DNA of 64,000 nucleotides from Pyrinomonadaceae bacterium (lineage in GTDB: Bacteria > Acidobacteriota > Blastocatellia > Pyrinomonadales > Pyrinomonadaceae), in contig DASQPD010000188.1 in assembly GCA_035644135.1 (NCBI GenBank), positions 142,079-206,078 of the forward strand. The letters run 5' to 3'. Made by a program: the position numbers and the translations under genes. Positions 44,798 to 53,229 of the stretch are shown here, piece after piece. The first letter of the stretch is position 1. Every line of letters starts with the position of its first letter. The notes beneath the pieces were generated by a model. That model was given only the letters and a program-made list of their open reading frames with translations. It ran no database searches and was not told where the DNA came from.

Positions 44798-46636
44798 GTG
44801 GCTTCTGCGACTTCGGTCAAATCCGACCTAAGCAAAGGGCAGCCCTCCCTTGGTCCCACATCCCTGCCCGGCTTATGTCTTGCGGCTGTTTCACAGCACA
44901 ACAAAGCGGATGCACTGAATCAGAAGATCAACGGCGAATGGGTGCAAACCAGTGCCGCAACCTTCGTCGAACGCGTGCGCAGCGTTGCGCTTGGTCTGGC
45001 GGCGCTCGGCATTCGTCCAGGTGATCGCATTGCCTTGCTTTCCGAGAATCGTCCTGAATGGTCCATCGCCGACCTGGCGATTCTCAGCCTGGGCGCGATT
45101 AACGTCCCTATTTATACGACCCAGGCAGTTGAGCAAGTAGGTTATATCCTGGCCGACTCAGGGGCGCGCGCGATCTTTATTTCGAACCGCAAGCTATATC
45201 GTCACGCGAGTGTAGCCCTCGCCGACCGCAAGCATGTCGAGACCCTTATCTTTTTTGATCCGGAAGGAGCTGATGATCTCGAGCGCGCAATCACCCTCGA
45301 ATCAGTTGAAGCTAACGGTCGCGAGCAAGCGCGTCTTCGACCAGAAGCCTTTGACGCTTACATGAATGCGGTGCGACCTGACGATCTGGCCACCATCATT
45401 TACACCTCGGGAACAACCGGCGAACCGAAGGGTGTAATGCTGACGCACAACAACTTCATGTCAAATGTGGTGTCCATTAACAGCGGGCTGCCTATCGGCC
45501 CAACCGATGTCGCCCTTTCAGTGCTGCCGCTTTCCCACATTTTCGAACGGACAGGTTTTTACATCTTCTGCTATAGCGGCGTTTCCGTTTATTACTCGGC
45601 GTCGTTCGACCAGGTAGGCGAGAATCTTCGCGAGGTTCGCCCAACAGTGATGACTGCTGTGCCCCGCTTGTTTGAAAAGGTCTACCATCGCATTGTCAAA
45701 AGAGGCATGGCTGAGAAAGGTTGGAAGCGACGTGTCTTCACGCGAGCGCTTGCTGTGGGCCAGCGCTACGGAGAATTGGTGGACAAAGGGAAGCGGATAC
45801 CGGCTCGTTTGGCGATACAACAACGTTTGGCGAACCGGCTTGTGTTTTCAAAATGGCGTGAGGGGGTAGGTGGGCGATTGCGATACTTCGTTTCCGGTGG
45901 AGCTCCTCTATCTCCGGCACTCTCCTATTCTTTTCTAGCCGCTGGTATTCCGATTCTCCAGGGATACGGTGCGACGGAATCCTGCATTGTCTCGGCTAAT
46001 CGTCCGGACAACAATCGAGTCGGCTCAATCGGCCTGCCGTTTGCCGGAATTGAGATCAGGATTGCGTCGGACGGCGAAATGCAGATCCGCGGCCCGAATG
46101 TCATGCGTGGGTACTACGGCCAGCCCGAGGCGACTGCGGCAGTCCTGAAAGACGGCTGGTTTGCCACCGGAGACGTCGGCTTTATCGACGGTGCGGGCCA
46201 CTTGCACATAACCGACCGAAAAAAGGACCTCTTCAAGCTTTCCAACGGAAAATATGTTGCTCCTCAACTGATTGAGAGTGTCTTGAAGCAGAGCGAGTTT
46301 GTTAACCAGGTCGTGGTGCTTGGCGCTGGACGTAAACAACCGGTTGCCTTGATCGTGCCGGATTGGGAATCGCTCAAACAGGCTTTGACCGCAGCGGGTG
46401 AGGATGTGTCGCAAGGTCGAAAGGAACTCAGCACGAATCCGAAGGCGCTTAAGCTTGTCCAGCGAGACGTGGCCGGGCTTACCGCAGAACTCGCCGACTA
46501 TGAACGGGTCCGCCGCATTGCGCTGCTGCCGGACGAATTCAGTATCGACAGTGGCGAATTGACGCCGACTTTAAAAGTGAAGCGTGCCGTCATCGATAAA
46601 AAATATGGTGACCTCATCGAAAGGCTTTACTCCTAG
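44798..46636 (+). CDS. Long-chain-fatty-acid--CoA ligase-like AMP-forming enzyme
   Basis: SD aaggag upstream and a GTG start. AMP-binding motif IIYTSGTTGEPKGVMLTH. Also GYGATE, GWFATGDVG and KLSNGKYVAPQ. Confidence 0.85.
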   Translation: MASATSVKSDLSKGQPSLGPTSLPGLCLAAVSQHNKADALNQKINGEWVQTSAATFVERVRSVALGLAALGIRPGDRIALLSENRPEWSIADLAILSLGAINVPIYTTQAVEQVGYILADSGARAIFISNRKLYRHASVALADRKHVETLIFFDPEGADDLERAITLESVEANGREQARLRPEAFDAYMNAVRPDDLATIIYTSGTTGEPKGVMLTHNNFMSNVVSINSGLPIGPTDVALSVLPLSHIFERTGFYIFCYSGVSVYYSASFDQVGENLREVRPTVMTAVPRLFEKVYHRIVKRGMAEKGWKRRVFTRALAVGQRYGELVDKGKRIPARLAIQQRLANRLVFSKWREGVGGRLRYFVSGGAPLSPALSYSFLAAGIPILQGYGATESCIVSANRPDNNRVGSIGLPFAGIEIRIASDGEMQIRGPNVMRGYYGQPEATAAVLKDGWFATGDVGFIDGAGHLHITDRKKDLFKLSNGKYVAPQLIESVLKQSEFVNQVVVLGAGRKQPVALIVPDWESLKQALTAAGEDVSQGRKELSTNPKALKLVQRDVAGLTAELADYERVRRIALLPDEFSIDSGELTPTLKVKRAVIDKKYGDLIERLYS

Positions 46637-46706
46637 AAGAAAAACTGGGAACGCCTTCGGCGTTAGTCCCGACAGACTCTGAAGGTTCAGGACATACCAA
46701 AACAGC

Positions 46707-47081
46707 TTGCAGAGACTCATTTACATTGGCGTCGCGGGTTTACTGGGCACGCTGGCTCGATACGGACTATCCGGTGTTGTTGCGCGTCGATTCGGTGAGA
46801 CATTTCCCGCCGGAACGCTGGTAGTGAATGTTACAGGCTGTTTTTTTGCCGGCGCTCTCGCCTACCTATTACAGGAGCGATTTGTCGTGAACCCGGAGAT
46901 GCGGATTGCCGCAATGATCGGGTTTCTGGGTGGGTTCACCACGTTCTCTTCTTTTGGCTTGCAGACCTTCACCCTGCTCAGGGATGGCGAGCTTGGCCTG
47001 GCGACCATAAATGTTGTTGTTTCAAATGTCCTGGGTCTGTTCGCAGTGTGGGCTGGCTACATGCTTGCCAGGCTGTTGTAA
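46707..47081 (+). CDS. crcB: Fluoride channel CrcB/FluC
   Basis: 124 aa with 4 hydrophobic segments. Motifs are GTLARY, GTLVVNVTGCF and GFLGGFTTFSSF. TTG start. Confidence 0.9.
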   Translation: MQRLIYIGVAGLLGTLARYGLSGVVARRFGETFPAGTLVVNVTGCFFAGALAYLLQERFVVNPEMRIAAMIGFLGGFTTFSSFGLQTFTLLRDGELGLATINVVVSNVLGLFAVWAGYMLARLL

Positions 47082-47089
47082 GGGTAACA

Positions 47090-47419
47090 ATGAAAATACC
47101 TGAAGACGGTTATCTGCTGCGGATATTCATCGGCGAAAGTGATCGTCATGGGCATCATCCACTATACGAGTCGATCGTATTGAAAGCCCGAGAGAATGGA
47201 TTGGCGGGCGCCACCGTCACTCGCGGAATAATGGGTTTCGGCAAGAACAGCATTCTGCACACCGCGAAGATCCTCCGCCTTTCTGAAGACCTGCCGATGA
47301 TTGTCGAAATTGTTGACAGTCTCGAAAAGATTGAGCAATTTCTTCCTCAACTGGATCAGATGGTCACCGACGGACTGGTAACGCTGGAAAAGATCCGTGT
47401 CATCCACTACCGAGCCTGA
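47090..47419 (+). CDS. DUF190-family protein (commonly linked to crcB)
   Basis: The start MKIPEDGYLLRIFIGESDRHGHHPLYESIV...AGATVTRGIMGFG is at the ATG at 47090. The 47048 start in the track overlaps crcB. Confidence 0.8.
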   Translation: MKIPEDGYLLRIFIGESDRHGHHPLYESIVLKARENGLAGATVTRGIMGFGKNSILHTAKILRLSEDLPMIVEIVDSLEKIEQFLPQLDQMVTDGLVTLEKIRVIHYRA

Positions 47420-47439
47420 GAATGATTTCCCGCTGATCC

Positions 47440-47483
47440 ACTTCACACAGAATTAACATCTTGTTAATGCTAAGTTCAGGCAG
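47440..47483 (+). promoter_or_regulatory. Four tandem 11-nt direct-repeat units (PHO-box-like) upstream of the porin gene
   Basis: The units are acttcacacag, aattaacatct, tgttaatgcta and agttcaggcag. They lie 52-95 nt upstream of the ATG at 47535. The first and last units nearly match units upstream of pstS (agttcacacag, aattcaggtag). Confidence 0.5.
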
Positions 47484-47534
47484 CGAGGCTAACCTCCTGC
47501 TCTCGCCTTTCCTATCTTGCGGAGGACAAAAAAA

Positions 47535-49181
47535 ATGCGAAGCAGCTCGAGATCCTTTTTCTGTCTCATCGTTGCGACCGCGCTGATTTTATTTGCGGCA
47601 ACCAGGACCCCTTGTCAGAAGAACGACGGAATTGATAACCCCTCAAAAGCTGAAAAGGGAGGGTTGGAAAAGCCGCCATCGAGCGATGGGGAGCGTATCA
47701 ACGCGTTGGAGGAATCGCTCAGGCAGCAGGCGGCCCAGCTCGATGAGCTGCGTAAGTTGATAAGTGCACAACAAGCAACCATTAATCTGCTGGCCGGTCG
47801 ATTAGGCGCGGGCGGGCATGAAGGCGCGGTGGAAGAAGCGAAAGTTGCGGCGGCAACTGGCGCCCCAGAAGGTTCGAGCGGTGAGACTGCCGTCGTAAAC
47901 GCGAATCCCCAGACTTCCCCGCTCGAGAATCGTTTGAAGGCAGTAGAAGAACGCGCCCTCAAAATAGGTCCGTTCCGGTTTAGTGGTGATTTTCGGTTGC
48001 GCTTTGACGGTACTTTCCGGCCTGCAAGCAAAGCGCCGAATCCACCTTTAACGCACGCACAGAATGCTCGTGCACGTTATCGCCTCCGGCTCAACTTCGA
48101 TTCGGATCTTTATCCCAATCTGAGTTTCCATGGGCAACTTGCGACCGGACCGATCAACAATCCACTCACACTGGACCAGGATTTTTCCGCAACTACCGCT
48201 CGGCACCCGTTTTTTATCAGCGAAGCATGGATCGATTATCACCCCAACAAGGCCGTGCAACTCCAGGGCGGCCGCTTGCAGGAAATCTTTGCAGACAATT
48301 CAAGGTTCTTGTTTGACGACGATATTCGCTTCAACGGATTCAATGAGAAATATGTCTGGTCCCTGAAGCATAAACCCCTCGACTTAAGCAGCATCGAGTT
48401 TCGAGCCGGGCAGTACATTCTCACGAATCCCAACGTTGCAATCATCACGCCCGGAAGTCCGTTGGCCAACGCCGGGCAAATCGTGGGAAGCACCGGGAGG
48501 TCAGCAAACCTGTTTCATCAGGGAGTGCTCTTTAATCAGCAATTCAACAAGAAATGGAGCGATCAGTTCGGCGGCGACGTGCAACTGTATCGCAATCCTA
48601 ATCAAATCGCGCTCGCTTCAACGAATGACGGGCTTGTCCTTTTAATTCAGCCCGGCCTCGGTCTCGCACTATCGGGCCCATTGACCGGTACCGGGACCGC
48701 CACGACCACACCCGGCGGCGCCATTTATTCAGCTCGCAGTTTCAAGATCGGGCGTCTCACATATCGTCTGAACTATTCGGGTTTTAAACATGGCGATCAT
48801 ATGTTTCCGGTAACTTTCAACTTTCAGTTTGCCCGCAACATGGGAACCGGGCTCGACCAGCGTGATGCATTGCTCGCGGCGGTGCAGGTCGGCAGGATAA
48901 CGAAGAGAGGGGACACTTCATACCTGTATGTTTATGCAATTAAGGGAGCGAACTCGATGATCTCGCAGGTGACTGACGACGACCTTGGGACAGGGACGGG
49001 AGTGAATATCCATACAAACTATTTCCGCTTCGAGTACGGGATAGCGAAGAAAGTAACTTTCCAGAGTCTGGTGTTCATTCAGAGTCAGATCCGTAACAGC
49101 GCCCCAAACTTTTTCGTTCCTCTCGGTGCTTTTGCACCTAGAACTTATCGCCTTCAGCAGCAACTGGTGTTTTCGTTTTGA
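47535..49181 (+). CDS. Outer-membrane beta-barrel porin (putative; possibly phosphate-starvation inducible)
   Basis: SD ggagg lies 9 nt before the ATG at 47535. Signal peptide FFCLIVATALILFAA. An N-terminal coiled coil is RINALEESLRQQAAQLDELRKL. This is followed by alternating beta-strand-like sequence ending in the aromatic QQLVFSF. Confidence 0.65.
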   Translation: MRSSSRSFFCLIVATALILFAATRTPCQKNDGIDNPSKAEKGGLEKPPSSDGERINALEESLRQQAAQLDELRKLISAQQATINLLAGRLGAGGHEGAVEEAKVAAATGAPEGSSGETAVVNANPQTSPLENRLKAVEERALKIGPFRFSGDFRLRFDGTFRPASKAPNPPLTHAQNARARYRLRLNFDSDLYPNLSFHGQLATGPINNPLTLDQDFSATTARHPFFISEAWIDYHPNKAVQLQGGRLQEIFADNSRFLFDDDIRFNGFNEKYVWSLKHKPLDLSSIEFRAGQYILTNPNVAIITPGSPLANAGQIVGSTGRSANLFHQGVLFNQQFNKKWSDQFGGDVQLYRNPNQIALASTNDGLVLLIQPGLGLALSGPLTGTGTATTTPGGAIYSARSFKIGRLTYRLNYSGFKHGDHMFPVTFNFQFARNMGTGLDQRDALLAAVQVGRITKRGDTSYLYVYAIKGANSMISQVTDDDLGTGTGVNIHTNYFRFEYGIAKKVTFQSLVFIQSQIRNSAPNFFVPLGAFAPRTYRLQQQLVFSF

Positions 49182-49270
49182 GAGGGAGTTAAGCCACGGC
49201 TAGATGGTTTCCTCTGCGGTAACGATCATTCATCTCAAGCTTGCGGTAAGATATCCGGGGAGGGGTTCTT

Positions 49271-49948
49271 ATGCCGGAGCACGAAGTGGTCTTCCTTTTT
49301 GACGTTGATAACACCTTACTTGACAATGACCGAGTCACGCTGGACCTCAGGCGCTACCTCGAGCGTGAGATCGGCCGCGAGCGCAGCGAACGGTACTGGA
49401 CACTCTTCGAAGCATTGCGCAGTGAACTCGGATATGCGGACTATCTGGGCGCCCTTCAACGTTATCGGGTAGAGTGTCCTTACGATTCTAAGGTACTCAC
49501 CGTCTCGACTTACCTGATTAACTATCCCTTTGCCAACAGGTTGTTTCCCAACTCGCTCGATGTAATAGAGAAATGCAAACAATGGGGACCAACCGTTATT
49601 CTTTCGGATGGCGACGTGGTCTTTCAGCCGCGCAAGGTTGAACGTTCCGGTTTGTCTGAGGAGGTGGATGAGAACATTCTCATCTACATTCACAAAGAGC
49701 AGGAACTGGCGGATGTTGAACGTCGATATCCGGCAAGGCACTACGTCCTCGTCGATGACAAGATCCGAATTCTCACAGCCATCAAGAAGGTCTGGGGCGG
49801 GCGAGTCACCACGGTATTTCCGCGTCAGGGCCACTACGCCCACGACACACAGGAAGTTGCCAGGTACCCGCCGGCGGATATCAGCGTCGATCGGATTGGT
49901 GATTTATTGAATTATGATTTGAGTGTTTTCCAACGAGCATCGCAATGA
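49271..49948 (+). CDS. HAD-superfamily hydrolase
   Basis: Motif I is FLFDVDNTLLD (DxDxT). Motif IV-like LVDDK lies downstream. Confidence 0.75.
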   Translation: MPEHEVVFLFDVDNTLLDNDRVTLDLRRYLEREIGRERSERYWTLFEALRSELGYADYLGALQRYRVECPYDSKVLTVSTYLINYPFANRLFPNSLDVIEKCKQWGPTVILSDGDVVFQPRKVERSGLSEEVDENILIYIHKEQELADVERRYPARHYVLVDDKIRILTAIKKVWGGRVTTVFPRQGHYAHDTQEVARYPPADISVDRIGDLLNYDLSVFQRASQ

Positions 49949-49970
49949 GTGGGTTACGGATTGACGAGCA

Positions 49971-51350
49971 TCATTGAACTATAAAGCCGATTAGAAAGCG
50001 CGCGAGCCCGGCCCCCATAATCACCCAAAAGGCATTGGTGCGAAAACGAATCAGAATCACTCCGGCAATTATCGCTATCGATAATCCCACCCACGTATGA
50101 ATGCCTGCGCGGCCGAGAGACAAGCCGGCCGCTACCAGTAGACCGACCACCGCTGGGGTAACTCCTTTCAGGAATGACTGTACAACCGGGTTGGTGTGAA
50201 AGCGGGCCAGAGAAGATCCCGCTGCAATCGTCATCAGGAATGAAGGAAGAAAGATGCTAATCGTGGCCACCAAAGCCCCCAGAGTTCCCGCCACCCGATA
50301 ACCGACAAACGTGGCCGTGATCAAAACCGGTCCGGGGGTAACCTGACCGAGCGTTGTGGCATCTGCGAATTCCTGATGGGTCAACCATTGATGATTGTGG
50401 ACGACTTCTGCCTCGAGCAGTGGGATCATCACGTATCCGCCGCCGAACGTGATTGCTCCAAGTCGCAGAAAGATTGTCGAGAGCAGAAGCAGCAAGCCGA
50501 ACTTGGCAATTATTGGGACAGGAGCGCCAAACCAGAAGAACGCAGGCAGACGGTTTTCCGCTTCCAGAACGGCGGAATCGACCGGTGTCTGAGACTCGTC
50601 CGTTTCGTTTGCCAGGGCCGCGCGACGTACGCGCTCGTCGGCAAGGGCGCGAGTAAGGTAGCCGCCCACAAAGTATTTTCGTCTGAGCCGGCGCCGTCGC
50701 CTTTGCAGCAGCACGCGCGCTCTGATTCGTTTCCGCCTGCGAATGGCTAGATCACCCAGTTTCCGCAACTGCTTTTCGGCGAATGAGTCGACAAATATGC
50801 CGACAACACCAGCCGCCAGGACCACCTCAATCACCGTAGCGCCGAGAAACGCAACGGTCAGACAAGCTGCGGCCGCCACTGCCCATTGCCATCGTTGGTT
50901 TAGTGTATGACGGCCCATGCGCCATGCGGTGACGATGATCAGGGCGACCACGGCTGCGTTCAAGCCGTGGAAAAGCCGGTCGGTGTCAGGAAGATAACGT
51001 AAATGTCGATAGAGGATGGCGAGCAGGATCATCATCAACATCGATGGCAGAATAAAACCGGTCAAGGCAACGGAGGCGCCGCGCCAGCCGCGCAGCTTCA
51101 GGCCAACGTAAGTGGCAGTGTTGCCGGCGGCAGTACCTGGCAATGTTTGGGCGAGCGCAAAGCCGGCGGCAAACTCCTGTTCCGTCAACCAGCGCCTTTG
51201 CTGCACAGTGAGAGATCTGATCTGGGCGATTACGGCCAGACCGCCACCAAAACCTACCAACCCGATCTTCAGAAATGATAGAAATAGTCCACCGAGTGTC
51301 GGGGTTTGAGCAATGCGCTCCAGTTCGCGGCGGGTATACCGGGCGCGCAT
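49971..51350 (-). CDS. chrA: Chromate transporter ChrA (two CHR domains)
   Basis: Two copies of the CHR signature are present: FLKIGLVGFGGGLAVI and FLRLGAITFGGGYVMIPL. The probable start is the ATG at 51350; the track start at 51455 is a TTG extension. An Arg-rich linker lies between the halves. Confidence 0.85.
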   Translation of the reverse strand: MRARYTRRELERIAQTPTLGGLFLSFLKIGLVGFGGGLAVIAQIRSLTVQQRRWLTEQEFAAGFALAQTLPGTAAGNTATYVGLKLRGWRGASVALTGFILPSMLMMILLAILYRHLRYLPDTDRLFHGLNAAVVALIIVTAWRMGRHTLNQRWQWAVAAAACLTVAFLGATVIEVVLAAGVVGIFVDSFAEKQLRKLGDLAIRRRKRIRARVLLQRRRRRLRRKYFVGGYLTRALADERVRRAALANETDESQTPVDSAVLEAENRLPAFFWFGAPVPIIAKFGLLLLLSTIFLRLGAITFGGGYVMIPLLEAEVVHNHQWLTHQEFADATTLGQVTPGPVLITATFVGYRVAGTLGALVATISIFLPSFLMTIAAGSSLARFHTNPVVQSFLKGVTPAVVGLLVAAGLSLGRAGIHTWVGLSIAIIAGVILIRFRTNAFWVIMGAGLARFLIGFIVQ

Positions 51351-51540
51351 CCGAATTTTTCGGACGCGATTATTGATTCGGGTGGATCTCGGAATTACCA
51401 GTTGAGGCACAGCTATTTCCCAGCGAGTTGCTGAAAACCAGTACGATCCACGCAATCAAAACGAAGTAGCAAGCTGGCTTCGTGCATTTTCAGCAATTTG
51501 CTAGGGTATCACAGCAACCGGCACAGTCAGACACACGGAT

Positions 51541-52014
51541 ATGAAAGGTCTCTTATTATTGCGACACGCCAAGACGATTCCAGTAGAGGCCGGCGGCTTT
51601 GATTTTGATCGAACGCTTACGGAGCGCGGCATTGCCGATGCCACGCGTGTGGGTCGATACATACACGAGCATCAAATTCGTTTTGAGTTTGTTATCAGCT
51701 CAGCGGCAAAGCGTGCGCGTCAAACAACCGAGTTAATGATGCAGGCTGCCGAAATTAATGTGGAGGCTCTTTACGACCGGCGCCTTTACGAAGCCGGCCC
51801 ACAACAGTTGCTCGAGGTGGTGACAACGATCGACTCGCAGCGCGAAAGCGCGCTGTTGGTCGGTCATAATCCTGGACTGGAAGATCTCCTGAGATTGTTA
51901 ACTGGTGGTAGTGAGTCCATGTCGACATCCACTCTTGCGCTCATTGATGTAGCAGCGGATGACTGGAAGCTGGTGCCAGGGATTTGCAAGCTAAACTGGA
52001 TTGTCACCCCTTAA
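51541..52014 (+). CDS. sixA: Histidine-phosphatase-superfamily protein (SixA-like)
   Basis: The LLLLRHAKT motif (RH catalytic dyad) and LVGHNPGLEDL are present. The size of 157 aa is typical of SixA. Confidence 0.75.
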   Translation: MKGLLLLRHAKTIPVEAGGFDFDRTLTERGIADATRVGRYIHEHQIRFEFVISSAAKRARQTTELMMQAAEINVEALYDRRLYEAGPQQLLEVVTTIDSQRESALLVGHNPGLEDLLRLLTGGSESMSTSTLALIDVAADDWKLVPGICKLNWIVTP

Positions 52015-52255
52015 CTACTATTTAACGTTCTGGTAACGGAGAGTTAGCACGGGCAGTTGAGAATAGCTTCGTTCGGTTAACTGGCACTCGCGAAAGCGAC
52101 ATACTGGCAAGTGGATCAAAATCTCCTGGCTCCCATTCAGCAAATGCGTTCGTCCGGAGAGAGGGTCGCGCCGGTAACCGGTACTCCTACCAAATTCCCG
52201 ATTCACTCGTTTAGTTCAGAGTGCGTCGCGGCCTGACTGAAACGATCATTGCTCC

Positions 52256-52293
52256 AGCCCCGGCAGCTCGCGGACCTGTCGGGGCTGCTTTTT
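52256..52293 (+). terminator. Rho-independent terminator
   Basis: The stem agccccggcag (52256-52266) pairs with ctgtcggggct (52276-52286), 11 bp with one G-T pair. It is followed by gcttttt. It lies 240 nt after the sixA stop. Confidence 0.7.
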
Positions 52294-52326
52294 GTCGGGA
52301 TGTTTGTACCAGATCTGCACTTATCT

Positions 52327-52398
52327 GTAACGCAAGCTGTTAGCTTGCGTCCGACGTTGAATGAACTCAATTCCCCACAAGCTAACAGCTTGCGTTAC
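52327..52398. repeat. Nested-palindrome (REP/MITE-like) element, copy 2
   Basis: The left arm gtaacgcaagctgttagcttgcgtccgac is the exact reverse complement of the right arm of copy 1 (gtcggacgcaagctaacagcttgcgttac). The right arm ccacaagctaacagcttgcgttac matches the expected sequence at 22 of 24 positions. Confidence 0.85.
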
Positions 52399-52446
52399 TT
52401 CTACCTTCCCGTTCTCCCCGTCTGCCCAATGATAATCGCGATTGTC

Positions 52447-52659
52447 TTAACTTGAACTCTTCGCGGTCAGTCTATCGATCGCTGACTCCTTCACCGTAAC
52501 GCGCTCTTCGTTGCGTCTGATAGCGCTGACTAAGAATTTTGTAGAAACAACGCAAGCACATTCCTTCTGAGTCCTGGTATTTGTCCTCTCGAATCGCCAC
52601 GCCACGCCACACCAAACACATATTACGTAGAACCTTGTGCGCAGTTGAGCTTTGCTCAT
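52447..52659 (-). CDS. Hypothetical small Cys-containing basic protein (70 aa)
   Basis: The only ORF in the 1.2-kb gap with a strong SD (aaggag 7 nt before the ATG). It contains CVWC...17 aa...CAC, a possible zinc-ribbon. I recognise no family. Confidence 0.3.
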   Translation of the reverse strand: MSKAQLRTRFYVICVWCGVAWRFERTNTRTQKECACVVSTKFLVSAIRRNEERVTVKESAIDRLTAKSSS

Positions 52660-52824
52660 CGCTTACTCCTTACTTCAGTTTCCACCGAGGTGTAGCGCAA
52701 CAGGGTTAATTGTGTGTGGCTTCCGCCTTAATTGTTCGTTAAGACCCGAGGTGCCTGCCATGAATGCGTAAATACTCTTGAATCCCCCAGCATCAGAAGC
52801 TGTGAGAAATCAGAGTAGGTCCGG

Positions 52825-53033
52825 GATACCACTCAAGGAGCGGAAATTCGCAGGTTGGGAAGGTGGGCTTGCCCCCGCTCAAGATCCGAACCCACTCAAC
52901 CCTGAATCGACAGCGCCTAAGCGAAGGAACTTTTCGCAACTTTCAGGCCGATCTCCGTGTTGAGTGAATGCGGATCTTGAGCGGGGGCAAGCCCACCTTC
53001 CCAACCTGCGAATTTCGGCTCTTAAGTGGTATC
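52825..53033. repeat. ~209-nt near-perfect long inverted repeat (hairpin or MITE-like)
   Basis: The perfect 46-bp arms are 52843-52888 (gaaattcgcaggttgggaaggtgggcttgcccccgctcaagatccg) and 52971-53016. Pairing extends outward to 52825/53033 with one mismatch, one indel and one further mismatch. It also extends inward (cactcaac/gttgagtg, cctgaa/ttcagg). Confidence 0.9.
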
Positions 53034-53053
53034 AAACCAATTTCTAATCTCCC

Positions 53054-53086
53054 TATTCAGCGGAAATTCAGACACAGTTCAGGCAA
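53054..53086 (+). promoter_or_regulatory. Three tandem 11-nt direct-repeat units (PHO-box-like)
   Basis: The units are tattcagcgga, aattcagacac and agttcaggcaa. The last unit matches agttcaggcag upstream of the porin at 10 of 11 positions. They lie 144-176 nt upstream of the 53230 start. Confidence 0.45.
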
Positions 53087-53229
53087 AAAGCGTGCAAGAA
53101 AAAATTTAACCCGTGTCGTTAACATTTTGGTAACATGAACCAAGTTGCACCGCCCCCAAAAGGCGCTCAGTAAAGTCCTGAACCGACGCATGCCTAAACT
53201 TCGCCGGTCCGATTTGGGAGGGTATTTAT

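Noticed and set aside
46637-46706. A possible fluoride riboswitch (crcB motif) upstream of crcB.
   Set aside because: The 70-nt gap lacks the conserved GATGG...AACCGCC...CTGATGA elements. It holds only a weak hairpin (gggaacgc-cttcg-gcgtt-agt-ccc). A covariance-model scan would be the decisive test.
49216-49262. A direct repeat tgcggtaa...tgcggtaa, spaced 33 nt, upstream of the HAD hydrolase gene.
   Set aside because: There are only two 8-nt copies and no similarity to the GTTCA-type units. This is too short to separate from chance.
52778-52963. A 61-aa ORF lies inside the long hairpin, with other small ORFs in the gap (52018-52206 minus, 52249-52455 plus, 53145-53354 plus).
   Set aside because: None has an SD. 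They overlap repeat arms or the terminator, their composition is dictated by the palindromes, and they start at non-ATG codons.
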